This document shows positions 51,001 to 64,000 of a stretch of 64,000 nucleotides of DNA, in pieces (positions within the stretch are counted from its first letter, which is position 1; each line of letters begins with the position of its first letter). The notes below the pieces were generated by a model. The model had not been told where the DNA came from. It made no database searches and saw nothing but the letters and a program-made list of their open reading frames with translations. Source of the DNA: Lama guanicoe (Eukaryota); NCBI GenBank assembly GCA_013239625.1, contig MU054400.1, positions 4,901,802-4,965,801 of the forward strand, read 5' to 3'. The position numbers and the translations under genes are program-made.

Positions 51001-53969
51001 CTTGTCACTCCCTCACTCTAAAACCTCTCAGGGCTCCCCATGATCTGGGGGGGAAAAACCAACTCCTGAGCAGGACATTTAAGACCATCACTGCACGTCA
51101 CCAACCCCACTCCTGAACTCCCCCTTCTCCCTCTCCTGTGCTCCAGCTGCCCCGCTCGCTGTTCCAAAACAGCCCCTTGCACTTCTGGCTGCCTTTCTTC
51201 CCGCAGCTCACTCTGTGACCATGAATTTGTACCTACTGAAGTTGGCAAACTGTCCAAGAACACTGCCTGAGCCAAAGGCTGCGTAGGGAAGTCCTAAGGG
51301 TTTCACTCTTGGGCTGGGCACTCGCCTGTGACTCAGCTTGTGATGCCTTCATCATTTGAGCAGAAAACAGGCGTAATGAAGCATCTGTAGGCTGGGTTTC
51401 CTGCATGTGTCCTCGCTGCCTGTCATCTAACTCAATCCCTATGACAGTCTCCTGAGGTTTTTAGCTCCATTTACATACAGGTTTACGCCGGTGCCTAATG
51501 CCACACAGTCGTAAGTAGCCAAGTGGGGATTTGAACCCAAGCACTAAACATACTGCTTCTTCATCATAAGATGAGATCTAGAAAGAGACCACTCAGATTC
51601 CAGGCACTGGTCTGCTGGAAACCAGCTCATTTTAGGACTGTCACTTAATCTCTTTGGGCTGAGCTTCCTCATTTGTAAAATAAGGAGGTGAAACTAAATG
51701 TTTTTGCAAAATTCCTTCCTTCTCTTACATTCTTTGAGTAATAATAGTAGCTAATGTTTGTTGAGTGCTTATGATACACCTAGCATTGTGCTCAGCGTGG
51801 TTTTAAATGAATTATCTCGTTTAATCCTACACACCTTTAGGAATAAATGCAGCTATGATTCCCCTTTGACACATGAGGAAACTGCGGTTTGGAGACATTA
51901 AGTAGCTCTCCTAAGGTCACACAGCTAAGAAGCAGGGAAACAAGGTTCTAATGCAGAGAAGCAGACTCGGGAGTCCATGCTTTCAGCCTGCCTGGTTTCC
52001 AGGATCTCCGGGTCCAGGTCTTGTGTGAGCCCAAGCTCTCTCCTGCCTCAAGTCTGGGTCACCTGCTGTTTCCTTGCCTCAGACAGTCCACCCTCTCCCT
52101 CAGCTCACTTGTCCCTGGTAATTCTTGGCCACCAGGCAGGTCTCTGAGGTCCTTGGGGCTGGGTCAGCTACCCTCCTGTGAGCCCTCACCGCCCTTTGGA
52201 CCTCCTCCATCATCTGCTTCTTCCAGTGCTCTGTACCTTCCTGGGTGCTTTTCCACCCTCCACCCTGGACTCTATGCTCCAAGCAGGGCAGGATTTGCCC
52301 TCGCTTCCCCAGGATGTAGAACAACGCGCTGCCCTGTGAAAGGATGATGCTTTCGCTTAGAGAGGCACTTGCTGAGGTGTCAAAGCAGAATGCTGCTTCA
52401 CCTCCGCTGGTTCTAACTGGTGGAAGTGACCCAGGAAGCTAGACCCACTGCAGAAGTCACTGCAGACTCTTTTGTGACCGATCAACAAGGGACTTTTTCT
52501 AAGCCATCCTCTCCAGGGTGCATGCTGTCAATCCTTAGTTAGCATAGTCACCAGAAAACCTATTTTTCTTAATTCCTTAAACAGAAACTCTTGAGTTTTC
52601 TCCTTCCAGAAAATGTGTCTGAATTTCTTCACGAGGAGGGCATGTGAATAAACTCAGAATTATTATTAGTAGTAGTAGTAGCAACAGTATATTTATGTAT
52701 GGCTCTGCATCTGATGGTCTTTGTATTATTCTTTGACAGCACATAGTAGGTACAAATATTGGTTGAGTGTCATAAATGCAATAACTGTGGCGCCAGGTGA
52801 GGGATGATATGGACATGGATGCCTCAGGAACCAGAAAGGATGAATCACCTCTCCCGGAGGTAACTGGGGAAGTGGTCACAGAGGAAGGGAGGGGTGAACT
52901 CGGGTTAGGGTGTCATCCTCTACTTTTTCCGAATCCACCCACCTCTTTGTTCCAGCCTTCCTTTTACAGCATAGATCTCATGAGGCATCATTTCAATGAC
53001 ATCCTTGGCAATACTCTCAACTCCTTGCCCTCGTGTCTTACCATCACCTCCACTAGGATAAACTCAGACGTTCGCTCTCTCCACTCGGCACTCTGCTGGA
53101 GAAAGTCTTACCCACTGGCTCACCAGAGATTCAGAAAGCCATACTTTGCCCTCCACACTGTTTCTCCAATCAGTTCGCTCACCTATTCTGAAACCTCCAG
53201 CCCCTCAACTCCAACTTCACTGATTAAATAAAAGCTTCAGGTAGGAGCTCTTCAACTTCCTCCTAAGTGAGAAATCTAATGCCATCTGCTTCCAGTCTGA
53301 TCTCCCCTCCCCTCTCCTAAAGCCAATCCTGCATCTGAGCCTTGGAGCCCATCCACTTGCCTTCCCAGCAAACCACGTCCCGCTGTTTACCTGTCTCCTT
53401 CTTCCATATTCAACTACCTCCTCTCAAATGGATCTGTCTCTTTATTAGTGAAAGATGTTTAAATCCCTCACATCTTTAAAGAAAAACAAATCTTTCCTTT
53501 GACCCTCTTACTCCTCTCCAGCTACATTTCACAGTCAAATAGCTTGAGAAAAATGAAAAAGGGTCAATGAGGATAAAAACTTGTTCCATTTCCATGCCCT
53601 GTTGTGGATTGGCTTTGACCTCATTTGCCCTTTGCTACACCTCTTGCCAGGGTCACTGATGACTTCTGTGTTGCTAAACCCACAGATAGTTCTCGGTTCT
53701 CCTCTTGACTTCTCAGGAACATCAAACATTGTCGACTGCTCCCTTTTACTTGCAACACCCCCTTGTTTCCTTTGTCACACTCCCTCCTGCTTTGTCTTTC
53801 ACTCCTCTGGAGGTCTTCATGGACCCTCTCAGTAGGAGTCGCCCACCTGTTTTCCCATCTGTTTTAATCACCATCTGTTTTCTAATGGCTGCTGAACTCC
53901 AATCTCCATCCCAGATTGCCTCTTGGAATCCAGATTCCTATATCCAATTGTTCCATATTTTCAAAAAGA

Positions 53970-54845
53970 CTATTTTTTTTAGAGTAGTTTAAGCTTCACA
54001 ACAAAATTGAGAGGAAGGTGTAGAGATTTTCTATACGTCCCCTGCCCCACACACGCATAGCCTCCTCCGTTATCAACATCACTCATTAGAGTGCTACCTT
54101 TGTTTTCTTTCATTTAATTTTTTTTTCTTATTTGTTTTAGAGGGATACATTTGTTATTGAGGATGAACCTACCTTGATACATCACCACTCAAAGTCCATA
54201 GTTCACATTAGGATTCACTCTTGGTGTTGTACATTCTATGGGTTTGGACAAATGTATAATGATGTAAATTCATCATTATAATATTATACAGAATATTCTC
54301 ACTACCCTAAAAATCCTCTGTATTCTGCCTATGTATCCCTCCCACCACCTCACCATGGGCCACCGCTGATCTTTTTACTGTCTTCATAGTTTTGCCTTTT
54401 CCCAAATGTCTTATAGTTGGAATCTTACACTATGTGGCTTTTTCAGATTTGTTTCTTTCACTTACTAATATGCATTCAAGTTTCCTCCATGTCTTTTCAT
54501 GGCTTGACAGCTCTTTTCTTTTTAGTGCTGAATAATAGCCTATTGTCTGGAAGCACCACAGTATATTTAACCATTCACCTGCTGAAGGACATCTTGGTGG
54601 CTTCCAAGTTTTGACAATTATGAATAAAGCTGCTATAAACATCCTTCTGCAGGTTTTTGTAAGGACATAACTTTTCAACTCCTTTAAGTAAATACGAAGG
54701 ATTGTGATTGCTGGATTATATGGTGAGGGTATGTTTAGTTTTGTATGAAACCACCAAACTGCCTTCCCGGAGAGGCTGTACCATCTTGCATTCCCACCAG
54801 CAATGTATGAGAGTTTCTGTTGCTTCACATCCTCATCAGTATTTG
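53970..54845 (-). mobile_element. Old L1 3' fragment
   Basis: ORF 54430-54882 contains an L1 ORF2 C-terminal-like segment (MFIAALFIIVKTWKPPRCPS...YYSALKRKEL). Confidence 0.85.
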
Positions 54846-55579
54846 GTTCTTGACTTCTCCATCTAGATGCCCAAAATAGCACGTCAAACTCAAGACTGTG
54901 CTTGTGGGGGTCTTCCTACACCCTCCACACCAAATCAAATCTTCATCCAATATTTCATCTTTTAAGTGATGACGTGACCAACCAGACAGAAACCTAGAAT
55001 TCTTCTTTGATACCCTCCTCCCTTGTCCTCTATATTCAACCCATTCCAAACTTTCCTGTTCATTTTGTCTTCTTAATGTCTTCTGGATTGGGCCAGTCCT
55101 CTTCAGCTCTGCTGATACCACTTCAGCCCAGGCTATCATCTTTCATTCAGACTATGGCAGAAGTCCCCTAACTGGTCTTCTCATATCTACCGTATCCTCT
55201 TTGTTGCAGCCAGAATGTTGTTTTCAATACCTTGAAGTTACCATGAAACCCCCATTTTTAAAATATGCCAATGGCTTTGTTTGTTTGTTTTAAATAAAGA
55301 CCAAAAGGTTAACCCTGGCTTACAGAACCTAGGTCATCTAGTCCCCACCCACCTTTCTGCTGTCATCTCCCATATTCCAACACTAGCCCCTCCTGCCCTC
55401 TATCTAGTCCAGACAAATGGTATACCTCCCTCCACAGGGCCTTTTTATGTGGGATTGCTTCCGAGTGGGACCCTCTTCTCCACCTGCTTTTGGCCTGACC
55501 CAGTCCTACTCATCTTTTTATCTCAGCCTACATCACTATATCATGTCATCAGCAAAGCATTCCCTGACATTAGCCCAGG

Positions 55580-55755
55580 CTTTTTTTTTATAGATAAAAA
55601 GTTTTTTATTTAATTAAGTATAGTTGATTTACAATGTTGTGTTGGTTTCAGGTGTACAGGAAAGTGATTATATATACATTCCTTTTCAGATTCTTTTCCA
55701 TTATAGGTTATTGCAAGATATTAAGTATAGTTGCCTGTGCTATACAGCAAGTCCT
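55580..55755 (-). mobile_element. L1 3' end
   Basis: AAGTATAGTTGATTTACAATGTTGTGTTGGTTTCAGGTGTACAG after a T-rich tail. Confidence 0.8.
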
Positions 55756-56464
55756 AGATCCTGGGGCTAAATAATAAAAATAAATATTGATGTCTCCAAA
55801 CACAGTGGTAGTAAACGGCAGGTTATTTGAATGAGCGGCACCGGCTGTTCATTTCCTAATGAAATGGGCTTTAAGATTCTCCAAACACTCAGAAAGTCAA
55901 GGTAATCAACAGCTCTCCCAGGCCAAGCTGGTTTGGGAGATCTTCCACTCCAGTTTGTCTTGTAAAATACTTTATTTACGTGCTGCAAGGGACACTACAT
56001 CAATGTCCCAATGGTTCTAATGGAAATGAACGAACAATCTAGTTGAGCAAGTAATCAAAGAACAATAACAATTGTTCTGGTGATAAAGCCCCCCAGTTAG
56101 CAATTACTTAGCACTTAAAGTCACTTCATTTGGAAAATTTTGCCTTTGAGAAGGGCCGATTTTCTCTCTCAGAGGCCAATTAGATTAAATTAGGAGTGAC
56201 ACATTAGCTGGGGAGACTTAATTCATTTTGGGTTATTTGCAGCTTTAATTATAACTCAGATCCAGCCAGAGCCATCATTTGGAACAGTTTCTTGCCTCAG
56301 TGCACATTGGAGGTGGTTGGGTCCCTGGAAGATGCTCCCGCTAGTGTGCACAGCCAGCCAAGTGACCCAAGGCTGCTTCGCCACCAGATTCTGCCTTAGA
56401 CCCATTCTCCTTAGATGCTATGGAGAGTCACAGGAAGCGAGGACTCCTAATAAGACCTTTGTTT

Positions 56465-58640
56465 TGTAAAAACAGCTTTGTTGAGGTATAATTAACAGAT
56501 GATACATTGCATATATTTAAAATATGCTGTTTGGTAAGCTTTGACATGTGATATACCTAGGGAAGTAAGTTCACAGTCAAAACAACAAACATATCATTGC
56601 CCCCCCCCCTCCGATTTCCTCATGCCATTTACAAGCTCTCCTCCCAACCTCCTCCCTGCACCCCACCTCCTGCCCGCACACTGGGGAGCACTCACATGCA
56701 TTCAGGAAGTCTCTGGTCTGCTTTTCGTCTTTATAGACTAATTAATTTTTATTGTCTAGTATTTCACGTAAATGGAATCATACAACATGCCTTCTTGTTT
56801 TGTTCTTTCACACAACATAATTATTTTGAGATTTGTCTACATTGTTGTTGGTATCAATAACCTCTTTTTATTGCTAAGTAGCACTCCATTGTACGGATAT
56901 ACTGCAAACTATTAAGCTGTTGAGCAATGTGGACTGTTCCCAGTTTGGGGTTGTTACCAATAAAGGTGCTACAAACATTTGTGTGCATGTGTGTTTTCAT
57001 TCCTCTTGGGAAAATACCTAGGAGTGGAATGGCAGGATCATATGGTAGATGCATGGTTAATTTTTCAGAAATCCCTGAACTGTTTTTCAAAGCCATTGTA
57101 CCATTTTATGTCCCCATCAGAAATGTATGACAGTCACAGTTGTTGATCTCATCCTCACTGGCCTTTGGAATGGTTGGTTAGTCATTTTAATTTTAGCCAT
57201 TCTAATATGTGTGTATTGGTATCTTGTAATTTTAACTTGCGTGTCTGTAATGACAAGTGATGTTAAGCATCTTCACACGCTTCTTTGCCAACTGAATGTC
57301 TTTCTCAGTAAAGTATCTCTTCAAATCTTTTGCCAATTTTTAAAATTGGGTTGGTTGTTTTCTCACTGAATTTTGAAAGTTTTTTACACATTTCACATAC
57401 AAATCTTTTATCCAATGTATAATTTGCAAATATTTTTTCCCAAATTGTGGTTTGTCTTTTCCTTCTCTTAATGGTGTCTTTTGAAGAGCTGAAGTTTTTG
57501 ATTTTGATGAAGTCCTATTATCAATTTTATGTTTTATGGGTTGTATTTTGGTGTCATAGCTAAAAAATCTTTAACTAGCTCAAGCTCACAAAATTTTTTT
57601 CGGTGTTTTCTTCTAGAAGTTCTACAGTTTGCCTTTAGGTCTATGATACATTTTGGATTAATTTTTACAAGACATGGATCCAAGGTCAGTTTTTTTACCT
57701 ACAGACACCCAGTTGTCCAGCACCATTCTGTCTCACTGAACTGCCTTTGCAGCTTTGTCAAAAATCAGTTTCCCATGTGTGTGTGCGCACTTAATTTCTG
57801 GACTCATTCTGTTCCATTGATGGATTTGTTTATCTTATATCAATACCATATATTTTGATATTTGTAGCTTAAAATTTTTAAAATTGAAGTATAGTTGATT
57901 CACAATGTTAGTTTCAGGGGTACAGCAAAGTGATTCAGTTCTACATATACATACATATGTATTTTTTCTTTTCAGATTCTTTTCCATTACATGTTATTGC
58001 AAGAAATTGAATGTAATTCTCTGTGCTGTACAGTAGGTCCTTGTTTTTTATCTATTTTATATATAGTAATATGTGTCTGCTAATCCCCCATCCCTAACTT
58101 ATCCCTCCCCACCATTTCCCCCTTTGGTAACCATAATTTGTTTTCTATGTCCATGAGTCTGTTTTTGGCTTGTAAATACAATTTGTACCTTTTTTTTTTA
58201 AGATTCCACATATAAGTGATATCATGTGATATTTGGCTTTCTCTGTCTGACTTACTTCACTCAATATGATCATCTCTAGGTCCATGTATGCTGTTGTAAA
58301 TGGCATTATTTTATTCTTTTTTATGGCTAAGTTATATATAACTTAGCCATTATACACACACACACACACACACAACTTCTTTATTCTGTCCTCTGGATAT
58401 GTGGTATGGTTCCTATATAGTAAACTACACATATTTCAGATGTACAATTTGATGAATTTTGATAGATGTACACACCCATGAAACCACACCACAGTCAAGA
58501 TAGCTAACATTTCCATCCCTCCCCAAGAGGTGCAATTTTCCAATTCCCAGTTTATCCCTTCCCACCCCCTTTAACCCCTGGTAACCATAAGTTTATTCTC
58601 TATGTCTGTAAGTCTGTTTCTGCTTTATCGATAAGTTCAT
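56465..58640 (-). mobile_element. L1 cluster (older L1 about 56465-57870, younger L1 3' end about 57875-58340, further fragments)
   Basis: peptide HLPYDPAIPLLGIFP (ORF 56854-57096) typical of the L1 ORF2 C-terminus; typical L1 3'UTR motifs. Confidence 0.85.
58353..58374. repeat. (CA)n microsatellite
   Basis: about 10 CA units. Confidence 0.9.
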
Positions 58641-58797
58641 TTGTGTCTCAAGGGGTATTCTTATCCACTTGTGAGAGGAAGTCAAATTGTAAGATTGTAG
58701 GGTCACCCAGGGTAACTTCCCTTCATGTCTCCACCACCTGAGCTTTATCTTAAAGGAAGTGTGAGTTACTTATTGTATCATTTTACCATGGAATTAT

Positions 58798-58899
58798 TTA
58801 TTTATGTATTTATTTGTTTTAGTGGAGGTACTGGGGATTGAACCTCAGACTTCATGCATGTTAAGCACGCACTCTACCACTGAGCTCTTACTCCCCTGC
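58798..58899 (-). mobile_element. tRNA-derived SINE
   Basis: reverse A/B boxes; perfect 13-bp TSD ACCATGGAATTAT at 58785-58797 and 58900-58912. Confidence 0.92.
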
Positions 58900-59424
58900 A
58901 CCATGGAATTATAAAACCATAGGGTTGGCAAAGGCCTCAAGAGAGCATCCAGTCCCTCCTGCAGGCTTCCAGGCAGGTCCATACCTAAGTCATCTGAGAG
59001 AGAGAAAATCTGAACCACATGTCAATGCTGACCCGGAGGCCCGGTTTCCCGTCTTCCCCGGTGTGATGAAAACATTCGCCACCACTCTGGTGATAGGTCT
59101 GAAATAATTCTGGGGGTCCAAAGAAATAAAAAACCGCCATGAAAAACAAGAAACCAAGAAAAACCGTAGGTGCCTTTGGCTGCTCAGAATCTAGTCTCCC
59201 TAAACCTTCCCCTCTGGCTACTCAAATCTGTTATTTTTCTTCCCCATAAAATGCATCAAGTCCAGTCCACAAATGTTTATGGAGCTCCTAGTAACTGCAT
59301 GAGGGGAGTTACTGAGACCTAAGACAGGGTCCTAAGATGGAAAATTCGGCCTCTTAACAATCAGGAGATACTTTTCAGCGTGGAAAAGTGATGGCTGTAG
59401 ATTGCTGAGTGGAAACAGTGGTAC

Positions 59425-59466
59425 TGTTTTACACAAAGTAGTACTGATACTACTTTGTGTAAAACA
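59425..59466. repeat. Perfect inverted repeat, 19-bp arms and 4-nt loop
   Basis: TGTTTTACACAAAGTAGTA-ctga-TACTACTTTGTGTAAAACA. Confidence 0.97.
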
Positions 59467-62400
59467 AAAGAATAGAGAGGGGATTGGAATCACCTTCAGG
59501 TTACAGGTTTAAATGAAAAAAGCTGAACAAGAATACGTACAGCATTCTTCCGTTTGTGTTCAGAAACCAGACTGGATGAGTGATCGGAAAATCCTATCAC
59601 AGAGCTTCTAGTTTAATCACTTGCTATTATAAGAAAAGGCAAAATAATAAGGAGAAAGCGAAAAATAAAATGAAATAAGGAAGCCTGTCTGGGGCATGGC
59701 AGGAGGGGAAAGAAACACTGGGAAAAAAATCTGCCAAGAGCACATCATCCTGGTCTCTCCCGTTTTCAAATAGCCTCCCAGTAGCTCTGCTGCCTCAGTC
59801 CCACATTGACAGCTGCCGGTAATGGGAAAGGATTAGGGCAACAGCATTCTGAGGAATCCACCCGGCTTTCAAATGCGGTTCCATTACGGGATTACAGGGC
59901 GCCTCCAGGTCCAATACCCGCATCTGGAGGACGGGGTCCTGGCCCAGGGAGCACCGGCAGGAGGACCAAGGAGCCGGGTGGTTCAGGCTCTGGGCAGCAG
60001 ATACCATTCTCTTCTTCCAAAGAACCACAGAGCCTTTTAAAAAGCAAATGGAATAAAGACGTGAGTGAGACATTCCCCCTCCCTGACATACACAGATCAG
60101 GGAGAAAGAAAGTAGAAAGCAGGTGAATGGCCCAAGCAAAGGCAGTCACGTGAAAACCATCAACATTTCAGCGTTAATTACACACCACTCTTGGAGAAAT
60201 GAGAGATAAGAAGCCAGAAAAATACTAATTTAGTGAAGGTTGAACAAACAATTCTTTTCCCAGTGGCAAAGAGGGGGAGAAGCCAGCATCTTCAAACACT
60301 GGCAATTACGCAGATGGCAGAGAGAATAAAGACTAAATTTCGCTGGCGATGCAAGCCCACATAATAAGGGAGAGTATTAGGGAGACAAAAAGCGGTCTGA
60401 AGTGTTTACAGTTTCCAGCGTGCCAACAGCTCAGCAAGCATTTAGAACGCATTATCTCAGCTGTGAAAAATTACCCTCGGAAATCAAGGAAATTAATCAA
60501 GAAGTTAAATATTTATTAAAAACAAGCTTAGAGATTATAGGAGAAAGGTCGAGCCTGAAGTCACCGAAAGCTGAAGCTGCGTATTTCTGCACTGCGGCGT
60601 GGGCGGTGCTTGATCGCGAGCGCAAGGTCCAGATGTCAGGGTTGCTCCTGGAGGCCCTGTGGGTCCCGGGAACCTTGGGTCTGCACACGGGGAAATAGCT
60701 GTTGATGTCAGCTATTCTTGCGAAAAGCTGATGATGCAACAACCATCGAACAGCCTGGGACCCCGACCCCTTTGTGACGCTGGGACTCGGGGAAGGGAAG
60801 CCAGCAATTGTTTGCAGCCATGTAACTGCTGGGTTGGGGTATTAGGCAACATTTAAAATTAAACGCAGCCCAAGTCTTTCAGCAACCAGGTGAATAGAGC
60901 CTCGGCTATGGATGGCAGGCTTGCCTCCCCTCACTCCTTTTGTCATAAATGTCCAGCAAACAGGAAAGATTTTTTTCTTTTTTAACAGACAAGGACATCT
61001 CTGACCGGCTTCTTAGCACAGCACCAGAAACAAGAGATGCTGCAGGGATGTGCACAGGGACACTTTGAGGGGGAAGGTGAGGAAGAGGGTTTGTCCTGAT
61101 GACTCATGAGTTTGCACCACACACCTCTCTGTGTGTGAGTCCTTTTCACACCAGGAGTGACATCCAGTAAATGTCAAAGCCTGATGAATCTTCGCCAAAA
61201 CATGGATGGCACAGAATTCTTATGTAGGCAAGAGGGAGGGAAAAAAAAAATAAACTTCCTGTCCTCTGACCTTGGTCTGGCTTACTTTTCATGAGTACCT
61301 ATTACCTATTCCTTTCCCTAGAACTCTATGAACTAAGACATATATAAAAATTTTACATGACCAAATTTTCACCAGGAAAGGAAATGCAATTTTAAAGAAG
61401 AAAGCAAACCATGCCTTTAGCATTCTTTAGTTACATTAGAATTTACAGCCTCAATGTCCCAATCTCTCATGTGGGTGCTATTTTGAGAGATGAAGATTAT
61501 GAGCTCTTGAATCAAAAAGTCTAGGTTGAAATACCAGCTTTGACAATTACTAGTTGTGTACCATTGTGCAAGACGCTTAATCTCACTAAATCTCAGTTTC
61601 ATCATCTGTAAACTGGAAACGGTCTCTACCTCATGGGAACATTCAACCCATTAATGCATATGAGAGAGAATGTATTGAGCACGGTGGTTGGAGTGTAGAA
61701 GGATCTCAGCAAATAGCAGCTATTACTACTCTTAAAATAAGCTAGAATTTTGAAATAATTTTTTTTCTCCAAATGATTCATTTCAAATCTTTGGACGGGC
61801 TTTAATATGAACCGCCTTCTGGGCCAAATGTGCAATATGTAAGCTGTCCTGTGGCAAAATAAGAAAGTACTCAACATTAGAAATGTTGCGTGCAAATGTT
61901 CAGAAAAAAATTAAAAATTTCCTATGCCCCAGTAATTCTTGCTGAGTCAGATGTGTTTGTTATTTCAGCAAACACTCCTATCTCAAATTGAATGAAGTCT
62001 CTGACGTTTTCTCTGATACCTAGAGTTCTGAGGTATGACAATCTTTATATTCCAATAGCCCCACAGTTCCAGGAAGTTTGAGTGATGACATAATATGAAT
62101 TCCCAAATAAGAGTATGTTGTGAAAAACGTTTGTGTTTCAAACACTGTGCATTAGTATTCAGAGAGAGGGAAAAAATGGCTCTTCACAGAGCTCTCCTTC
62201 CTAATGTAATTTATTGTAAATTTATGCCTCACACTTAAGAGAGTGAATGTATTCGTCAGAGTTCAGTGGCAGAAAGTAGAAATGCCTCCAGGCACTTTAA
62301 GCAAAAAGGGATTTAATACTGTGAGTTATATGCTTACAAAATCATCAGAAGGGTTGGAGGAACAGCCCGCCAGGAGCCGCAGCCTCAGAAAGGTGGAGAA

Positions 62401-63029
62401 TCAAGAAATTGCTCAGGAACTATTGCCCCGGGGAGCGCCTTTGATGCAAGTGGGGGATCAGAAAGCCTCGTGATCTCGGCTGTTCCCTCCGAGCCATGTC
62501 TCTTGTCCTAGATCTTTGCTGGCAAGAACAAGTATCCTCCCTGCCTCTTGACCCCCCACCCCCACCCCGGGCAGCTGTGCTGCAGACACGGCACCTCCGT
62601 TGCAGAGTTTGCCAGCAGAAAGAACAGAAAGATGCTGTGTGCTAATCCACCTTCAGACATCTCGGGAGTGAGCCTAATCCAAGTAACCCAAATCTCAGCC
62701 AGAACCCAACGGTAGGGCGGTCTGGGAAGGAGGTTTCTCACGTATGGAGCAGGAGCAGGAAGGCATGCTAGAAGGAGCTGGAAACGGATGTTGAGTACCA
62801 GATCATTCTAGCATCACGTGCGGTAGGGAGCAGGGCTGGGCTCCGGAAACTAAGGAACAGAATATGAACTTAGCCCCTTGCTAGTAGCTGCCTGATCCCA
62901 GTAAAAGCTCTTGGTTCCTTCACATGTGAAACAAGGAGGTTGGACTGCACCCTTTCTAGGGCGCTTGTCAGTCCTGAAACGAAGATTCACTTCTGCACAA
63001 AGCGTGAGGAGAGAGCAGCCTCCTTCCCC

Positions 63030-63350
63030 TCACCTCCCTAGTGTAGCATGGCCCCCAGACCTTCAGGTGCCTCGGGGTTGACAGTGTTGACCGCCCTGTT
63101 ACCTCAACATCAACCAATCAGAGAGTTGTGCACAGTGGATCATGTAACCCTGCGACCCACCCCCTGCCCCACCCCTGGCCTTTAAATATGCTTTGCTGAA
63201 ACTCTTCAGAAAGTTCGTGGTTTTCTAGGGTGTGAGCCACCCTGCCCTCCTTGCTCAGCCCTGCAATAAATCTTTCTCTGGTCCAAACTCCGATGTTTCA
63301 GTTTGTTTGGCCTCAGGGTTCAGTGGGTACATGAACTTGGTATCAACAGG
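63030..63350 (+). mobile_element. Partial ERV LTR
   Basis: CCAATCAG, TTTAAATA and AATAAA in order; ends ...TATCAACA. Confidence 0.6.
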
Positions 63351-63629
63351 ACTCCCCTAGGTGCCCTCCCATCCCTCCCACCTTGGAACTTTAAGATACA
63401 TTGGAAGTAGCTGCAGTTAGATGTAGGAATAGGGCAGGGAAAAAGTTGGCAGAGCTGAAGTCTCTGAACCCACATCTGTGTTTCCAAGAGTCCCTGGACA
63501 GGCTCTGCTGTCATGCAGTCTTCCGTGAGCCACTCTGTGGGCATACTGAGCTGGAAAACGTGTTTCATGGCTTATAGGTGCTGCATTGGACTCAAACACA
63601 CACCCTAAGGAAATCCTTAAGGGCCTCTT

Positions 63630-63755
63630 AGAGCAGTGCTTCCCAGTTTGATGTGCACGCTGATCCCCTGGGATCTTGTTTCAAATGCCGATCCTGAGTC
63701 AGTGGATCTGAGCTGGGATCTGAAATTCCGTGTGTCTGACAAACTCAGGTGCTGG
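63630..63755. mobile_element. MER5-like DNA transposon fragment
   Basis: CAGTGCTTCCCAG...GGATCTTGTT...TCAGTGGATCTG...AACTCAGGTG. Confidence 0.55.
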
Positions 63756-64000
63756 ATTTGCATTCACCACTCCCACCCCAGCCTCACCCCCAAGTGAGGG
63801 TGAATTGAATTAATGCAGATTATCTGTGTTAGAATGTCATAAATTGAGGATTCCAGTCCTGAAGGGGATTTGTGTGTGTCTGCGTGTGGTTTTCCAGTGA
63901 ATATTCAGTACAGATCTGGCATAAATGCTCAGAGGCACATACCCCAAGGGGGCCTCGTCTGCACTGTTTCCCTCCTTCCTGTATCACCCCTATTTCCTTG

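Overview
Mammalian genomic DNA, most likely camelid: it carries many copies of a tRNA-derived SINE resembling vic-1, and FBP1 is pig/artiodactyl-like. The window holds the tandem fructose-1,6-bisphosphatase locus on the minus strand. FBP1 (liver type) is complete: 7 coding exons, 40736->15224, 1017 nt = 338 aa + stop, all introns GT-AG, with a CpG-island promoter. FBP2 (muscle type) starts about 8.5 kb downstream; its coding exons 1-3 are present (6753->298) and the gene runs off the left edge. The rest is intronic or intergenic DNA rich in repeats: SINEs, L1 fragments, solo ERV1 LTRs, MaLR, MIR/L2 and DNA-transposon relics. A decayed class I ERV (gag MA, NC zinc knuckle, protease) lies about 1 kb upstream of FBP1 exon 1. 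I found no convincing new biological system. The best leads are a respaced nuclear-receptor element in the FBP1 promoter, the promoter-adjacent ERV, candidate hepatic and muscle enhancers, and a perfect 19-bp hairpin. Repeat family names come from recalled sequence similarity, not from a database search.
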